A stretch of DNA of 64,000 nucleotides. It comes from a virus. The notes under the pieces are model-generated. The model worked only from the letters and a program-made list of their open reading frames with translations, did no database searches and had not been told where the DNA came from. Location: IMG/VR virus record IMGVR_UViG_3300043438_002264, positions 60,541 through 124,540 of that record, one strand, 5' to 3'. The position numbers were made by a program, and so were the translations under genes. Positions within the stretch are counted from its first letter, which is position 1; each line of letters starts with the position of its first letter. Shown here one piece after another: positions 19,728 to 30,872 of the stretch.

Positions 19728-20312
19728 TTAAATAATTTGTTTTGTTGCTAGTTTACGCTCTGGAGTCCAGTCTGAGCCAGTGAGTTCTGGCATTGCGTGG
19801 TAGTCATACTCTATAATAATCTTATTTCCACCATAAGTTCTGGCGGTTCCAAAGTCAATAATATCTCTGGATTCTTCTAGCTGGTATACCTTAAAATCAT
19901 GAAAGAAAAACATGTTATCTATTAGGTCTGGAGACTGAGATGTCCCTAGGTTTACCTGACGGTTCATGGCCCAGTTATTAATTTCTTCTGCTGTTTCATT
20001 GCCACGGTCCATTAGCCTCAAAACTTGCTCTTGAATTTGAACCATTTTTTCTATGGGGTTGTCACCAGTTGCGTAAAAGTAATACATAATCTGCTCACAT
20101 TTTATGTGTGGAAAGCTTTTCTTGTTCATTTTAATAAGTCTATCCCAAGTAGCCATGGTTCCGCCTGTTGGAAAATATTGAGTTAAGTCATTAATAGTTG
20201 CTGGCAAAGTTGGAAAAAATGGAGTATCCAAACCAGTACTATTAAGAATTTTGCTTTGAAGATATTTGTTTATCCAAAGAATTGGTGTGTTTAATAATGT
20301 ATCGTTAGCCAA
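19728..20312 (-). CDS. Tail terminator/completion-like protein
   Basis: Syntenic position just upstream of the major tail gene. Confidence 0.5.
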   Translation of the reverse strand: MANDTLLNTPILWINKYLQSKILNSTGLDTPFFPTLPATINDLTQYFPTGGTMATWDRLIKMNKKSFPHIKCEQIMYYFYATGDNPIEKMVQIQEQVLRLMDRGNETAEEINNWAMNRQVNLGTSQSPDLIDNMFFFHDFKVYQLEESRDIIDFGTARTYGGNKIIIEYDYHAMPELTGSDWTPERKLATKQII

Positions 20313-20982
20313 CCTTAATCACCCCTGCATTTGCTATCCATCGATATCCAGTTGACAACCCTTTTGAACGGCCAGCACGTTTACCAGCTGCTAAATTATT
20401 CTTATAAGCAACAGGGTTTTCAAGATATGAAGCCATTCCGCTAACCCTTAAGAATGCCTGTGTAAAGTATTTATTAAAGAAGCTGTCAAATGCTTGCTCA
20501 AATCTTCCTTGTACATTTCCTCCTGGGTTTTGAACAGTTACTTCTGACTTTGTAAAAACTTCTTCTCCATCTTGAATAAACCTTAAGGCCTGGGCCTGCT
20601 TTGGCCTAATCTTTACTGGAATGCCCTCTTCCATAATCTTAGCCTTATTATAGAACGGGGTATTAGATCCGTCCTGAATACTATTTGACTGCCTAAATGA
20701 AGACCTAAAAGAAAGCCCTAAATTGCTAATTGAATAGTCAATGTCGTATAGCCTAGCTGCTGGGCTTCCCGTCTGGTTCCACTCGTATACGTGATGAAGT
20801 ATTGATGGGTTGGTTTTTGCATTAGCATCTATGTAGCTTTTTAAAACTTCTATTGTTTGTACTCCTATAGAGTGCATTAATTGCTGCTTTCCCATCTGAA
20901 TACCGTCCAAAAATCCAGCAGAGTAATCCATTATGTTTTTCATATCTTTTGCAAACTGTCTTCCATCAAAGCGAACTCTCAT
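20305..20982 (-). CDS. Neck/tail completion protein (HK97 gp10-like position)
   Basis: Synteny; AKIMEEG motif. Confidence 0.5.
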   Translation of the reverse strand: MRVRFDGRQFAKDMKNIMDYSAGFLDGIQMGKQQLMHSIGVQTIEVLKSYIDANAKTNPSILHHVYEWNQTGSPAARLYDIDYSISNLGLSFRSSFRQSNSIQDGSNTPFYNKAKIMEEGIPVKIRPKQAQALRFIQDGEEVFTKSEVTVQNPGGNVQGRFEQAFDSFFNKYFTQAFLRVSGMASYLENPVAYKNNLAAGKRAGRSKGLSTGYRWIANAGVIKVG

Positions 20983-21428
20983 AGGTCTACCGCCTGATTC
21001 TCGGACCTGCGTACAACAACCTTGTAATATTCTGGAGACCCAAAAGGTCCCACAAAAGGCTCAACAGTAGCAACCTCAAATAAGGTTGACTTGCCAGCTC
21101 TTGGGCCAGAGGTTTCTAGGTAAACCTCATTAAGATTTCTATCTTTAATATTTGTCACAATTATATTGGTAATTGAGTTTTTATTTTCTGTACTAGAAAA
21201 ACGAATATCTGATTTTACACGGCCTAGCATAACACTATCCTGTGTAATATTAGCATTTGGCTTTACGTCTTCTTTCCAGGCTGTTCCAGCTGAATTAAAG
21301 TTACAAGCAATTGTCTTGTCATGTATCCAAGTTTTTTGAACATTTCCGTACGCTCCTTGATCTACAATTGGATAGTAAATATCTGCAAGCATTGGAAATA
21401 TAAAAGAGGTCTCTTCGCAGGTAGCCAT
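20979..21428 (-). CDS. Head closure/stopper protein
   Basis: Synteny, size and beta-rich composition. Confidence 0.55.
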   Translation of the reverse strand: MATCEETSFIFPMLADIYYPIVDQGAYGNVQKTWIHDKTIACNFNSAGTAWKEDVKPNANITQDSVMLGRVKSDIRFSSTENKNSITNIIVTNIKDRNLNEVYLETSGPRAGKSTLFEVATVEPFVGPFGSPEYYKVVVRRSENQAVDL

Positions 21429-22324
21429 TATAGCACCCCAAGTCTAGTAATAGATTTAGCATACTTTGACAGTATCTTATCTACAACAATGTTTCCTGTT
21501 CCCTCAAACATTCTCTTGTCAAACTGAAGCCTAAACTGGTCAGTATTGTAAGACGTAATGTACCTCTGGTAGTAATCAATTCTTCCACACTTGATATCAT
21601 CAATTAGCAAAGTCGCAGCTCTTGCAATATCTGATGGAACAGCTGGGTATCCTGATTCTAAAATAAACTTGTAGTCGTATCCGTTAGGGAATCCTTTAAG
21701 TGGTGGTAGGTTTGCGTCAACAATATCAGAGCTTGCAAGTGGAATAATTAGAGGGGCCTGCTCGTTTCTATTTACTCCGTCAACAACTGTTTCTGTAATT
21801 GCTGTTTTGTCTTGTGTTATTTCAAATGTGCGGTCTGTTACCAAAACGTTATTTTCGTATACCGCCAAAATCTTTTTTGCATCCATCCACAATGGGATAT
21901 AGTCTGCCCCTAGGCCTACAGTATCTAAGACCTTCTTTTTGTAGTAAAAACCTTCTGGAATTACTGAGTCAATAACCGCTCTAGCAATTTCTTCAAACCT
22001 AGTGTATTCTGCAATTTGTGAGGCAGTCTCACCCAATGTTGATGGATTAACATATGGCCTTACAATGCTAAAAACATCATCAAATAAGGTCTCTGTGTCT
22101 TCTAAGTCTACTGTAATAATAACCTGATAGTCTGTATCATACTTTGAGTTTAATGGGTACTGAATAGTATCCCCAGACATTGCTAAATAAGAAAAGGTAT
22201 CTTGAACTGAAAGGTCGGCCAAATCAATTACGGTTACTGTTATGTCTGAATCCAGAGTAACTATGCTTGGAATTTCAAAACTAATCGTAAGGTTAGAGTA
22301 TGGCTGAGCTCTCAGGATTTCCAT
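21428..22324 (-). CDS. Head-tail adaptor protein
   Basis: GYPAVPSDIARAATLL...VDKILSKY adaptor-like motifs. Confidence 0.65.
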   Translation of the reverse strand: MEILRAQPYSNLTISFEIPSIVTLDSDITVTVIDLADLSVQDTFSYLAMSGDTIQYPLNSKYDTDYQVIITVDLEDTETLFDDVFSIVRPYVNPSTLGETASQIAEYTRFEEIARAVIDSVIPEGFYYKKKVLDTVGLGADYIPLWMDAKKILAVYENNVLVTDRTFEITQDKTAITETVVDGVNRNEQAPLIIPLASSDIVDANLPPLKGFPNGYDYKFILESGYPAVPSDIARAATLLIDDIKCGRIDYYQRYITSYNTDQFRLQFDKRMFEGTGNIVVDKILSKYAKSITRLGVL

Positions 22325-22629
22325 TACTTACCAAATTCCCTGGCAACTTCTTCTGGGGTTGCAATTCGAACATGGTTACGCTCTAGCCACTTTTTAGAAT
22401 TTCCCTTAGTTACAATATTGTAACCTTTTAAAACTTTTCCTACACCTGGCCAAGAAACATTCTTTGTAGAATGAATGGCTACCGTCTCTTTTTCATCGGT
22501 TTCTGGGGTGTTGCCAGTATCTGTTTTTCTTATTGAATTAGAGCCAATTACATCATTGCTGTCAGAAACAACTGATACATTTTTATTGGCTACTGGATCA
22601 GCAGAAGTAACGACATTATTTTCTTGCAT
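22324..22629 (-). CDS. Hypothetical protein after the capsid gene
   Basis: 101 aa with GGAGG RBS. Confidence 0.6.
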   Translation of the reverse strand: MQENNVVTSADPVANKNVSVVSDSNDVIGSNSIRKTDTGNTPETDEKETVAIHSTKNVSWPGVGKVLKGYNIVTKGNSKKWLERNHVRIATPEEVAREFGK

Positions 22630-22668
22630 TTAATAGCCTCCTAGGCTTATATTATAACAGATATTAAA

Positions 22669-22700
22669 AGAGGGCAGGAGCCGAAACTCCTGCCCCCTCT
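22669..22700 (-). terminator. Intrinsic terminator after the major capsid gene
   Basis: Stem agagggcaggag/ctcctgccccctct followed by a T-tract on the minus strand. Confidence 0.75.
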
Positions 22701-22716
22701 AAAGGTTAGCTAAGAC

Positions 22717-23829
22717 TTAGGAGTCTGAGCCATCTGCGTCAGCGAACGCAATGGCGTCCTCTTCCTCCCACTGAATACCGAAACGTACGAATACGGTGTA
22801 CTCAATGGTGTCCTTCTTTGGTACGTACTGACGGTTTACAGTGATGTCTCTCTGGAAACCCCATACACGGTTCTGAGGGAATGTAAGGTCTACATAACCT
22901 GCAGGGTAGTAAGGAACTTCCTGAACATCAATGCCTAGAACACGAGTTGTACGTGCTCCACCGAATGTCTGGCCCTGTCCATCAAGGTAAGCCTGGGTGT
23001 TAGCCTGGGTGTTACCGTTCTTTCCAAGTGCCTCAGCAATTGCATCTGACAAGGTTCCGTTATTCTTAACGATTCCCTGGAATGCATCTGTACCAGCGTA
23101 GAACTTAAGGTTTGCCTTAAGTGCACGGTACTTACGTGGCAATGCAGTAATAATCTTCTGCATAACCTCTGGTGTCCATGCGTTGTCAGCTACTGTTACA
23201 ACAGCTTCGTGTGCATCTCCATTGGTCTTGACCTTGTTAACAAATCCATTCATAATAGATGTGAATGGGTTGCTTCCAGTGCCAGTACCGTTGATTGCTA
23301 GATCCTCAATGTCATTCGCAAAAGCGTTTGTCATCAAACGAACTAGGTGATCTTCAAGAGCACCACCTTCAACGTTGTCTTCTAGTGCTTCAGATGAAAC
23401 TTCCCAGTCCAGACGAATCTTCTTTGTAGTAAGTTCGACCTTTGAGAATGTTGCACCTGTGTTTGTGTACTCTGCGTTAGCCTGGGCTGCTGCACGAATA
23501 ACACGCTCTCCTACGTTAACTTTCTCAAGTTCCATAGAGTTAGCTCTCATCGTTACACGACGACCATCCTTGGCGAGAACTGTAGCATCCCATACGTAGT
23601 CAATAAAACGACGTGCCTGTTCAGGGCGTAGGATACCACTTGCCGCATCACCCGAAGGATTTACGGCGTTTGGACCAGTTGTTAGACCAAGTTCGGCAGT
23701 TGGAATGTTACCTAGTGTATTAGGACCAGGGTTGCTCACATTTCCAACACCTCCAGACGCAAATGCACCTTCGCCATTAACTTCGTTAGCACCAGCACCT
23801 GGGTAGTTTTTAATAATCTCTTCCGACAT
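22717..23829 (-). CDS. Major capsid protein (HK97 fold)
   Basis: GILRPEQARRFIDYV...ELTTKKIRLDWEVSSEALEDN...DLAINGTG; follows the prohead protease; GGAGGTG RBS. Confidence 0.92.
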   Translation of the reverse strand: MSEEIIKNYPGAGANEVNGEGAFASGGVGNVSNPGPNTLGNIPTAELGLTTGPNAVNPSGDAASGILRPEQARRFIDYVWDATVLAKDGRRVTMRANSMELEKVNVGERVIRAAAQANAEYTNTGATFSKVELTTKKIRLDWEVSSEALEDNVEGGALEDHLVRLMTNAFANDIEDLAINGTGTGSNPFTSIMNGFVNKVKTNGDAHEAVVTVADNAWTPEVMQKIITALPRKYRALKANLKFYAGTDAFQGIVKNNGTLSDAIAEALGKNGNTQANTQAYLDGQGQTFGGARTTRVLGIDVQEVPYYPAGYVDLTFPQNRVWGFQRDITVNRQYVPKKDTIEYTVFVRFGIQWEEEDAIAFADADGSDS

Positions 23830-23854
23830 AATTGTCACCTCCTAGTGATTTTGT

Positions 23855-25174
23855 TTATCTAAATAGATCGGCAGTTTTGAGGAAACGTCCGCCCCATAGG
23901 GATTTCTCAATCTGTTCTGATTGAGCTTCCTGTACGATCTCGCCTAGATCGCCAGACTTGCGGAAAGCGGTGTCAGCCTCAACAGCGTCCACTCTCTTTC
24001 CAAACTCGTTAAACTGTCCCTTGGCTTCTGTTACCTCTGTTTTTACAGAATCAATTGACTTGCTTAGTGCAGATACCTGCTCGTGTAGAGCTTTTACAGT
24101 ATTTGCTAGATCGCTAAAGGCTGATGTTAGAGTACCCTGAATCTCAGTAACTGCATCTGCAATTACCTGATTCGACTTAGATACCTCATCCACCTCTGGT
24201 GCAGCTTCTGCCTTCATTTCATCCTCAGACTTCATTTCTTCGTCTTCGTCCATGTCGTCAGACTTCTTATCTGGATCCATAGACTTCTCTACGTCATCAG
24301 AAGAAGCTTCTGCTGCATCTTCGGTTGGGGCATCTGCCTCTGGAGCGACCTGTGACTCTTCTACTACCTCATCAGACTTCTCAACGATGTCTGCTGTGAT
24401 TGTTTCTTCATTCATAGGACTTGCCTCCTTCTTAATCTCAATTGTATTAATGCCTTTAGCACTATCAACTAAGAACTTTATCATATCTGTTTTTTCGTTA
24501 TCGTTCTTTTCAACGAAACCTATATTTTGCATTGGAGCATTTGATGTAGGGCTTACCTCAGAATCATTTTCTGACAACATGACTATGCCAGACTCTGCAT
24601 CCCAGAAAACATTTTCAATGGGGGTATCTAAGCTTTCGCCCTTAATCATATCTACTCCGTCAACTTTTTCGACAGACAATACATTCGCAAACTGATTTGC
24701 TGGATTATCTACTAGAGACAATTCTACCAGATCATAGTCTTTAATAATGCGAATTTTTGAATCAATTTTTTCATCATATCCGTCATCCCATTTGTTCATC
24801 TTTCCACCGATAGAAAAGCCAGACAGAGTTCCGTCTAGAACTTTCTCCCAAGTGTTCTGTGCACCCTTTGAGATGTATGTTGAAACATAGACTCCAGAAT
24901 AAAACTTTTTAGCTTCTGGATCAAAATATTTATCTTCTTTAAAAGAAATCATTTTTCCAACTGCTGTTGGCTGATGCATTTCTCTTATGTTCCCACGAAA
25001 TTTAGCAAAAGCCTTTAGGCTTGCATCTGTGGTGACTATGTCAGCTTGCTTGTCTACGTTATCAAGTGTAGCAAATCCAGAGACAACACGTCTCTCCTTA
25101 TCCACTTTAGTGAACGGCATTGATAGGCGAACGTTGTCGCCCTCTGTGTCCCAATGGGCCTTTTGCATAGTCAT
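23855..25174 (-). CDS. Prohead serine protease (XkdF-like) with acidic/coiled-coil scaffold
   Basis: VSGFATLDNVDKQAD, IREMHQ, GFSIGG and ELSLVDNPAN motifs; acidic C-terminal half. Confidence 0.88.
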   Translation of the reverse strand: MTMQKAHWDTEGDNVRLSMPFTKVDKERRVVSGFATLDNVDKQADIVTTDASLKAFAKFRGNIREMHQPTAVGKMISFKEDKYFDPEAKKFYSGVYVSTYISKGAQNTWEKVLDGTLSGFSIGGKMNKWDDGYDEKIDSKIRIIKDYDLVELSLVDNPANQFANVLSVEKVDGVDMIKGESLDTPIENVFWDAESGIVMLSENDSEVSPTSNAPMQNIGFVEKNDNEKTDMIKFLVDSAKGINTIEIKKEASPMNEETITADIVEKSDEVVEESQVAPEADAPTEDAAEASSDDVEKSMDPDKKSDDMDEDEEMKSEDEMKAEAAPEVDEVSKSNQVIADAVTEIQGTLTSAFSDLANTVKALHEQVSALSKSIDSVKTEVTEAKGQFNEFGKRVDAVEADTAFRKSGDLGEIVQEAQSEQIEKSLWGGRFLKTADLFR

Positions 25175-25222
25175 GTTATCTCAATTATAAGGGCTTTTTA
25201 CAAAAAAGTTACAAAAATGTTA

Positions 25223-26854
25223 CTAATTTGAAGACCTGCCCTCGCCTGCTGGATTTCTTCCAGATATTGTGGCGGGGCTATCTGAAGAGTTATTTGCTCT
25301 TTCAGAGTCTCTTGATCTATTCTGAGAAGTATTAGCTCTTGTATCGGCAGACTGTCTTGGGGACATTTCAAATGGTTCGTCCCCGTCTGGACGCTGAGGA
25401 AGACCCAGCTTTTCACGTGCCTCATTTGGAACCATAATCTGAGTCTTTACGTAACGCTCCAAAATCTGGGACTGAGCAATTTCATCTGTAAGGGTTAGCT
25501 CATTAAACTTAAAGTCTAGAATATCTGTCTTTTCTTTAACAATCTTGCTAATAATTTTTTCTAGATTTGCCTGGGCTGGTCTTGCAACCTGCTCTTTGAA
25601 CGTACGGTCTTGAGCAAGTGCTGCGGCAATCTGAGAAGAATCTCCTCCACCAATCTTGGATAGAGGAACCTGATGTGCAACAAGAATATCATCACGGTTT
25701 CTAAGGCGGTAGTCATTAAACGATGCCTCCTGAACTCCTGCTTCAATTGGTTCCATCTTAAACTCTACCTTGTTTGTATCTGTGTCAGCTGGAAGCGGGA
25801 TGTACAGTGTTCTGTGAGATTGTCCCTTTAGGCTAGTCTGTAAGAATCTAAACATCTTATCTTCTGCGTCGGAAGATAGCTTTGCACCCTTTAGCGTTAC
25901 AATGTATCTAGGAACACCCTTATTTCCAAAGTAGTCAATGTTGTATTGAGAAGCTAGCTGATCTCCATGCAAAGAAGAGATGGCAGACATGATATCTGGC
26001 ACCCCATAAAAAGTATTTAATGGTGAGTATTCTTTGTAATGAATAATCTCATTTGGTCTTGGGTCTCCAGTAATTGGATTTGGATTCTTTGCCCCGAAAT
26101 TTCTAAAGTATACAACCTTTTGTCCAATAATCTGAACATAGCCGTCACGCAATCTACGCACACGCATAGTGGTTGCTGGGATGTGTCCGATATATCCAAT
26201 TTCTCCAGCAACTGTTCTTCCAATTTCAAGATAACCATTTCCAGTAGCCTGCACATCAGTATAGAACTTTGTCATTACATTTGTGAATGAATCATCACTA
26301 TTAAGACTCTCTAGCCATTCCTTTAGTTCTACCTTAGCTCTTTCAATACGCTTTCTTGCTTTCTCAACCGCAGAATCGCTACTAGATGCCTCTAGCTGCA
26401 TAAGAGTTCTCTTAGAAACATGGAAGTCATAACCTAAACCAACAATGTTTTCTACCTTAGCATCAATTGCTGCGTGGTTAGCAAATGAGGTATCGTAGTA
26501 GTTTGCAAGCTCGTAAAGATTCCATGGTGGGGTAATAACATCAAACATTCCGTAGCCGTTGTGGAAAACGGAACCTGGGTTTATCTCTTTAGATGTTGAT
26601 CCATTTATTCCAGTGTTTCTTGCTAGAGCACTATTTTGATACCCCTGATTTGTGGTATCTATTCCAGTAAAGTCTAGGCTTTCGTAGGACTTGGCAATGC
26701 GATCAGAGCGTCTCTTAAAGTTCTTTTCTAAGCCAGAAAGGGTTTTTAAGTCTTCCCACTTCTTCGCAAATGGATCTTGCTTTTTAAAAACATTTTCTTC
26801 TTGCTCTAACTCTGGAGCAAAAATTTGAATTGGGTACTGATAATCGTCTGACAT
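25223..26854 (-). CDS. Portal protein
   Basis: TGNGYLEI, EIIHYKEYSPLNTFYGVP, YFGNKGVP and PNEAREKLGLP portal motifs. Confidence 0.92.
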   Translation of the reverse strand: MSDDYQYPIQIFAPELEQEENVFKKQDPFAKKWEDLKTLSGLEKNFKRRSDRIAKSYESLDFTGIDTTNQGYQNSALARNTGINGSTSKEINPGSVFHNGYGMFDVITPPWNLYELANYYDTSFANHAAIDAKVENIVGLGYDFHVSKRTLMQLEASSSDSAVEKARKRIERAKVELKEWLESLNSDDSFTNVMTKFYTDVQATGNGYLEIGRTVAGEIGYIGHIPATTMRVRRLRDGYVQIIGQKVVYFRNFGAKNPNPITGDPRPNEIIHYKEYSPLNTFYGVPDIMSAISSLHGDQLASQYNIDYFGNKGVPRYIVTLKGAKLSSDAEDKMFRFLQTSLKGQSHRTLYIPLPADTDTNKVEFKMEPIEAGVQEASFNDYRLRNRDDILVAHQVPLSKIGGGDSSQIAAALAQDRTFKEQVARPAQANLEKIISKIVKEKTDILDFKFNELTLTDEIAQSQILERYVKTQIMVPNEAREKLGLPQRPDGDEPFEMSPRQSADTRANTSQNRSRDSERANNSSDSPATISGRNPAGEGRSSN

Positions 26855-27225
26855 TAGCCTTCATCTCCGTAAGCTTCTATGGTTTTCTTTGCAGCCATAA
26901 CCGCACCAATATCATTTAGTGATGGGATTAGGCCCTGTTTCATGCGATCAATCTGTTCGCTATATTCTTCATCGCTGATTCGAGCTGAGCCAGGAAAGAA
27001 TACTGGAGAACCGTTTGGCTCTCCGTGATAGGCTGCTGCCTGTTTTAGCTTGGCTATTTGGTTTTCATCACCTTTGTTTGCTGGAATGTTTAGAATATTT
27101 CCGCTGCCGTCAGTAAACCATTTACCGTTAGCTTTTTTCCAGACATAAACTCCCCAGGCATACCCTGTTTGCTCAACTAATGTTAGCTTTGCTTTACCAA
27201 GTGCTTCTGCAAATTTGTCTTCCAT
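26854..27225 (-). CDS. Hypothetical protein upstream of portal
   Basis: ORF coupled to portal; extended -10 TGGTATACT upstream. Confidence 0.6.
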   Translation of the reverse strand: MEDKFAEALGKAKLTLVEQTGYAWGVYVWKKANGKWFTDGSGNILNIPANKGDENQIAKLKQAAAYHGEPNGSPVFFPGSARISDEEYSEQIDRMKQGLIPSLNDIGAVMAAKKTIEAYGDEG

Positions 27226-27243
27226 AACCACCAGTATACCATA

Positions 27244-30200
27244 TTATACAGCAGAAACAACCCTGTTTTGCCATCCAATGTTCTGATAGTTTGTGTATTC
27301 ATAGTTATTAATCTTTAATGGGGTATCGTCATCAATAATTATCTTATTTGTTCCAGTATAAGTTTTATAAATGTCTGCTGGGTTTACCCCAAAATATGTA
27401 GATGAAGAGAAGACCAATACGCCGTTCCAGGTATAGTCTTCATTCCAGAAATCCCAGTCATAAACGTCTATATTATCAAACTTAGCGGTATACCAAGACC
27501 TAAGAGTTTGTCGCTGAATTTCTTGTAAATTAGTAGACTGATACTGAGAGATGTTGTTAATTAAAACTGATCCAGTTACCCTAAATCCTCCAACATAGGA
27601 GCTAAAATCTAGCACATTTGAAAAAGATATACCTAACACACCCCAGTCATTAAGAGTAATTACTGGCTCTCTAACAATCCTTCCATTCCAATAAAATGCA
27701 ATTCCGTTTTCAAATCTACCAGTTTTAGCATTAATTCCATAAATTCTTGCACGGCTTCCAGAGGTGTCATTAGCAACTATAAAGAATTTTATGTAAGTAT
27801 CTTTGCTTTCAATTTCAAAGATTTGCTCTGGAGTTGTTGGGAATCTTGCTTGACCATATCTAATAAATGCTTGAAGAGCAATTACTTTATAATTTTCTGC
27901 TAAGTTTTGATTAATAGGAATTGAAAGCCCACGGTTTACTAATGGGTCATAATTTCCAACTTTCTCAATGCCGCTGCGTTTTGTGAGATATAAGTATGGA
28001 GTGCTTCCTTTATAGATTCTAAATGGGTTTTTAGATTTATAGTCAAAGTAAGAGCCGTACTTTAAGTATGGAAATATAGATGTTCCAAATCTTGTTCCGA
28101 CGGGATTAGAAGTTCTTTCATTAAAGGCTTGTGAAGCATACTGCATTTTCTTTACAACTAATGGGTTGGAAATAATGCCATCAATACTCCACTCTAAGTG
28201 TGTAACAATAGAGACATCTGCTAACTTAATATTTTTTGGTGGATAGATTATTGTTCCATCTACAACCTCATACTTGGTAGTTAACCATTCATCTCCAGGA
28301 CTTACTACGTTATTCTTGGGGGCAAGAGCTTTAGTAAAATAAGAGTTTTTTGCAGATGTATTAGTTTTTAAATATTGAAATGAAACATATGATTTAACAA
28401 GGCTGCTGTCAGTATTATAATAATTACCAGTAAAGTTTTCTAATGCTGGATAATCTAAGTTAAACTGAATAAAGTCAAGATCGTAATACTTCTTATCAAA
28501 AACATCTGAAACATATTGTGCAAAATATGTTAATGGCAAGTAATCTTCCCAGTATCCATCTATGGCAATGTCCATAAACATCGACTCAAAACTTATCTTT
28601 GGAATGAGTGTGTAGCTACCAATAAAGCTATCTATAAGGTCAAAGCTAAGTTGGCTGGCAAATGAGGTTGGAGAACCGCCATCAAGCTCTTCAGTATATG
28701 CTGGGCTATTGCTAAAATATTCACTTCCCGCATCGTAAGCTATTTCTGCTGGATAATCTTCAAATACATCCTCATAATTATAATACGTAAGCAAGCCTGA
28801 ATTATCAAATAAAGCTGAAATTTTTTCTAAATTTGTCTGTGTACAAAATCCAAATTTATAAATTTTTCCAGAAAATGTATTTTCAAAAGTTGCATCTCCT
28901 CCGATTGTTAAAGATAGGTTTTGCTTATTATTAAAAAATGAGGTAGCAGATTGTCCAAAGTATTTAGAGAACTTATCTATGTCAACTCCAACGGCAAGGC
29001 TTTCGTTTGCTAAAACCATTGACTCTGAATATATCGCCGAAATAGTTCCTGCAAAACTAAGGCTGTAATATAAAACATTGTTCTGAATATAGCATTCTAA
29101 ATATGTGTCTTTCCTAGTTTTATCGTTTATTTTAAACAATATTTGTTTTGATGAGCTAAGGGATCCTGGCTTAAATACCCCAAAAAACCCTTTTAGATTT
29201 TCTTTAATAATGTTTATATCTTCAAATAAAAGATATCCATCTTTTCCAGTAAGCCCAATAAAAGAATCTCCCAGCTGATCGTCGTATAACTCCTCATACC
29301 AGACTTTTTGAGTCGTACCATCTTCAAATATTACCTTTGGTAGTTTATATTCTGGAACTGAGAGTGCCTCATCTTTTACTAACAGGTTTTCTACAATTGC
29401 TTGATTCCAACGGCCAATGTCTGGGTAGCTATAGTTGCTTGTATAGTCAGCAAAAGCATAGTCTATAAGAACAGAGGTTCCTCCATATGCACTGTTTGCA
29501 TTTTCTGGGTATTCTACCGCCTGGCCATAAGCAAAGCGTCTTTTGGCAACAATAGCTGGAACCAAGTATGGGTATATTGCAACACAATCAATATCTAAAA
29601 ATGGAACATTCTCAGATGCATAAAATCCTAGCCAATCATTGCTTTTTGTTGTTCCGCTTTGAATAATTGTTTCTGATGCTAAAGCAACATCTGAAGTAGA
29701 AAAAGAAACTTCTATTGCCTGTTCTCCATTTATCAATAATGAAGCAGTATTTTCAGAAATTTTAAAGTCTAAAAGCATTGGCCTGTACCACTCTGTAATC
29801 GGGTGTGCACCAACAGAATCTCCAACCTTAATCTTTATAAATGGACCATCTACGTAAATTCCATCGGCTGAGCCAATTGGCCCAAAGATCCTAGTTGGAG
29901 AAGTTGCCTTTGAGTCAATCCTTGCCCACATCTCAGCAGTGTATTCCCTATATCTTCCAGCCTCATTTAAAAATCCTTGTCCAGGAATTATCACCGATGG
30001 ATCTGATCCATTTGGTAAAATTCTTGTAACGTTTGATGAACCATAAACAATTGGTACCCCAGAATTTTTTGCAGTCAAATATCCGTTATTAATAAAGTAA
30101 TACCCGTCTAAATCTTGTAAGCCATATGATTTTGCAGGGATTGACAAGTAGCTAAATGGAACATTGGATGGTAGGGTTTCTCCAAAAAGTCCAGGGGATG

Positions 30201-30804
30201 TTGCTAAAAATTCTTCTGACCACTGTCCAAAAGTAACTCCATTAACATAAAACTTATACTCATCTGGCAGGCCACCATTATTAACATGATTAATTTTTAT
30301 TACCATCTTTATAGGATTTATAGTTTGGGGGATGCTAAAGGTTTCTGAAATTAAGCTCCACCTATTGCTAATTTGAGAATCAAATTTTCTAAGAACTGGA
30401 CTGGCTAACCCATCATAGGTATAGCCAATTTCATAAGAAAGCACAAATGGATTTGCAGCAAACATATAGGCACTAACAGAAAAAGTCTCTAAGTCTGCAT
30501 TCATCAAAGCTGGGCTAATAATTGCAGAGCTAGTTAAAGTTATTTGATTAGTCTGCTCTAGCCCAATAACTGCTTTTACAGTGGTGGTTGAGGTAGTTGA
30601 TAGTGGTTCATTCAGTATGGCCAGGTTTTGTTCTTTTGTACCGTTGGAAATTGTCCAAGCATTGGCATCTGGAGAAGATCTATAGATATCTCTTTTTGCA
30701 TCAGAAATCAGGGAAATATAGTCAGCTTGATCATCTAACGCCCACATCGCAATAGGATGCTCGCTAAAAATCTTTTCTGCGTACAGGTTTGAAGGATTGG
30801 GCAT
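27244..30804 (-). CDS. Large virion protein with ConA/LamG-like domains
   Basis: 1186 aa; HPIAMWALDD N-terminus, YTAEMWARI and IDCVAIY LamG-like motifs. Confidence 0.6.
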   Translation of the reverse strand: MPNPSNLYAEKIFSEHPIAMWALDDQADYISLISDAKRDIYRSSPDANAWTISNGTKEQNLAILNEPLSTTSTTTVKAVIGLEQTNQITLTSSAIISPALMNADLETFSVSAYMFAANPFVLSYEIGYTYDGLASPVLRKFDSQISNRWSLISETFSIPQTINPIKMVIKINHVNNGGLPDEYKFYVNGVTFGQWSEEFLATSPGLFGETLPSNVPFSYLSIPAKSYGLQDLDGYYFINNGYLTAKNSGVPIVYGSSNVTRILPNGSDPSVIIPGQGFLNEAGRYREYTAEMWARIDSKATSPTRIFGPIGSADGIYVDGPFIKIKVGDSVGAHPITEWYRPMLLDFKISENTASLLINGEQAIEVSFSTSDVALASETIIQSGTTKSNDWLGFYASENVPFLDIDCVAIYPYLVPAIVAKRRFAYGQAVEYPENANSAYGGTSVLIDYAFADYTSNYSYPDIGRWNQAIVENLLVKDEALSVPEYKLPKVIFEDGTTQKVWYEELYDDQLGDSFIGLTGKDGYLLFEDINIIKENLKGFFGVFKPGSLSSSKQILFKINDKTRKDTYLECYIQNNVLYYSLSFAGTISAIYSESMVLANESLAVGVDIDKFSKYFGQSATSFFNNKQNLSLTIGGDATFENTFSGKIYKFGFCTQTNLEKISALFDNSGLLTYYNYEDVFEDYPAEIAYDAGSEYFSNSPAYTEELDGGSPTSFASQLSFDLIDSFIGSYTLIPKISFESMFMDIAIDGYWEDYLPLTYFAQYVSDVFDKKYYDLDFIQFNLDYPALENFTGNYYNTDSSLVKSYVSFQYLKTNTSAKNSYFTKALAPKNNVVSPGDEWLTTKYEVVDGTIIYPPKNIKLADVSIVTHLEWSIDGIISNPLVVKKMQYASQAFNERTSNPVGTRFGTSIFPYLKYGSYFDYKSKNPFRIYKGSTPYLYLTKRSGIEKVGNYDPLVNRGLSIPINQNLAENYKVIALQAFIRYGQARFPTTPEQIFEIESKDTYIKFFIVANDTSGSRARIYGINAKTGRFENGIAFYWNGRIVREPVITLNDWGVLGISFSNVLDFSSYVGGFRVTGSVLINNISQYQSTNLQEIQRQTLRSWYTAKFDNIDVYDWDFWNEDYTWNGVLVFSSSTYFGVNPADIYKTYTGTNKIIIDDDTPLKINNYEYTNYQNIGWQNRVVSAV

Positions 30805-30872
30805 ATGTCTATTTTAACACATTAGAAGATTGTTTTTATTAACATGGATTGCTTTTATCAGAGAGCTAAAGA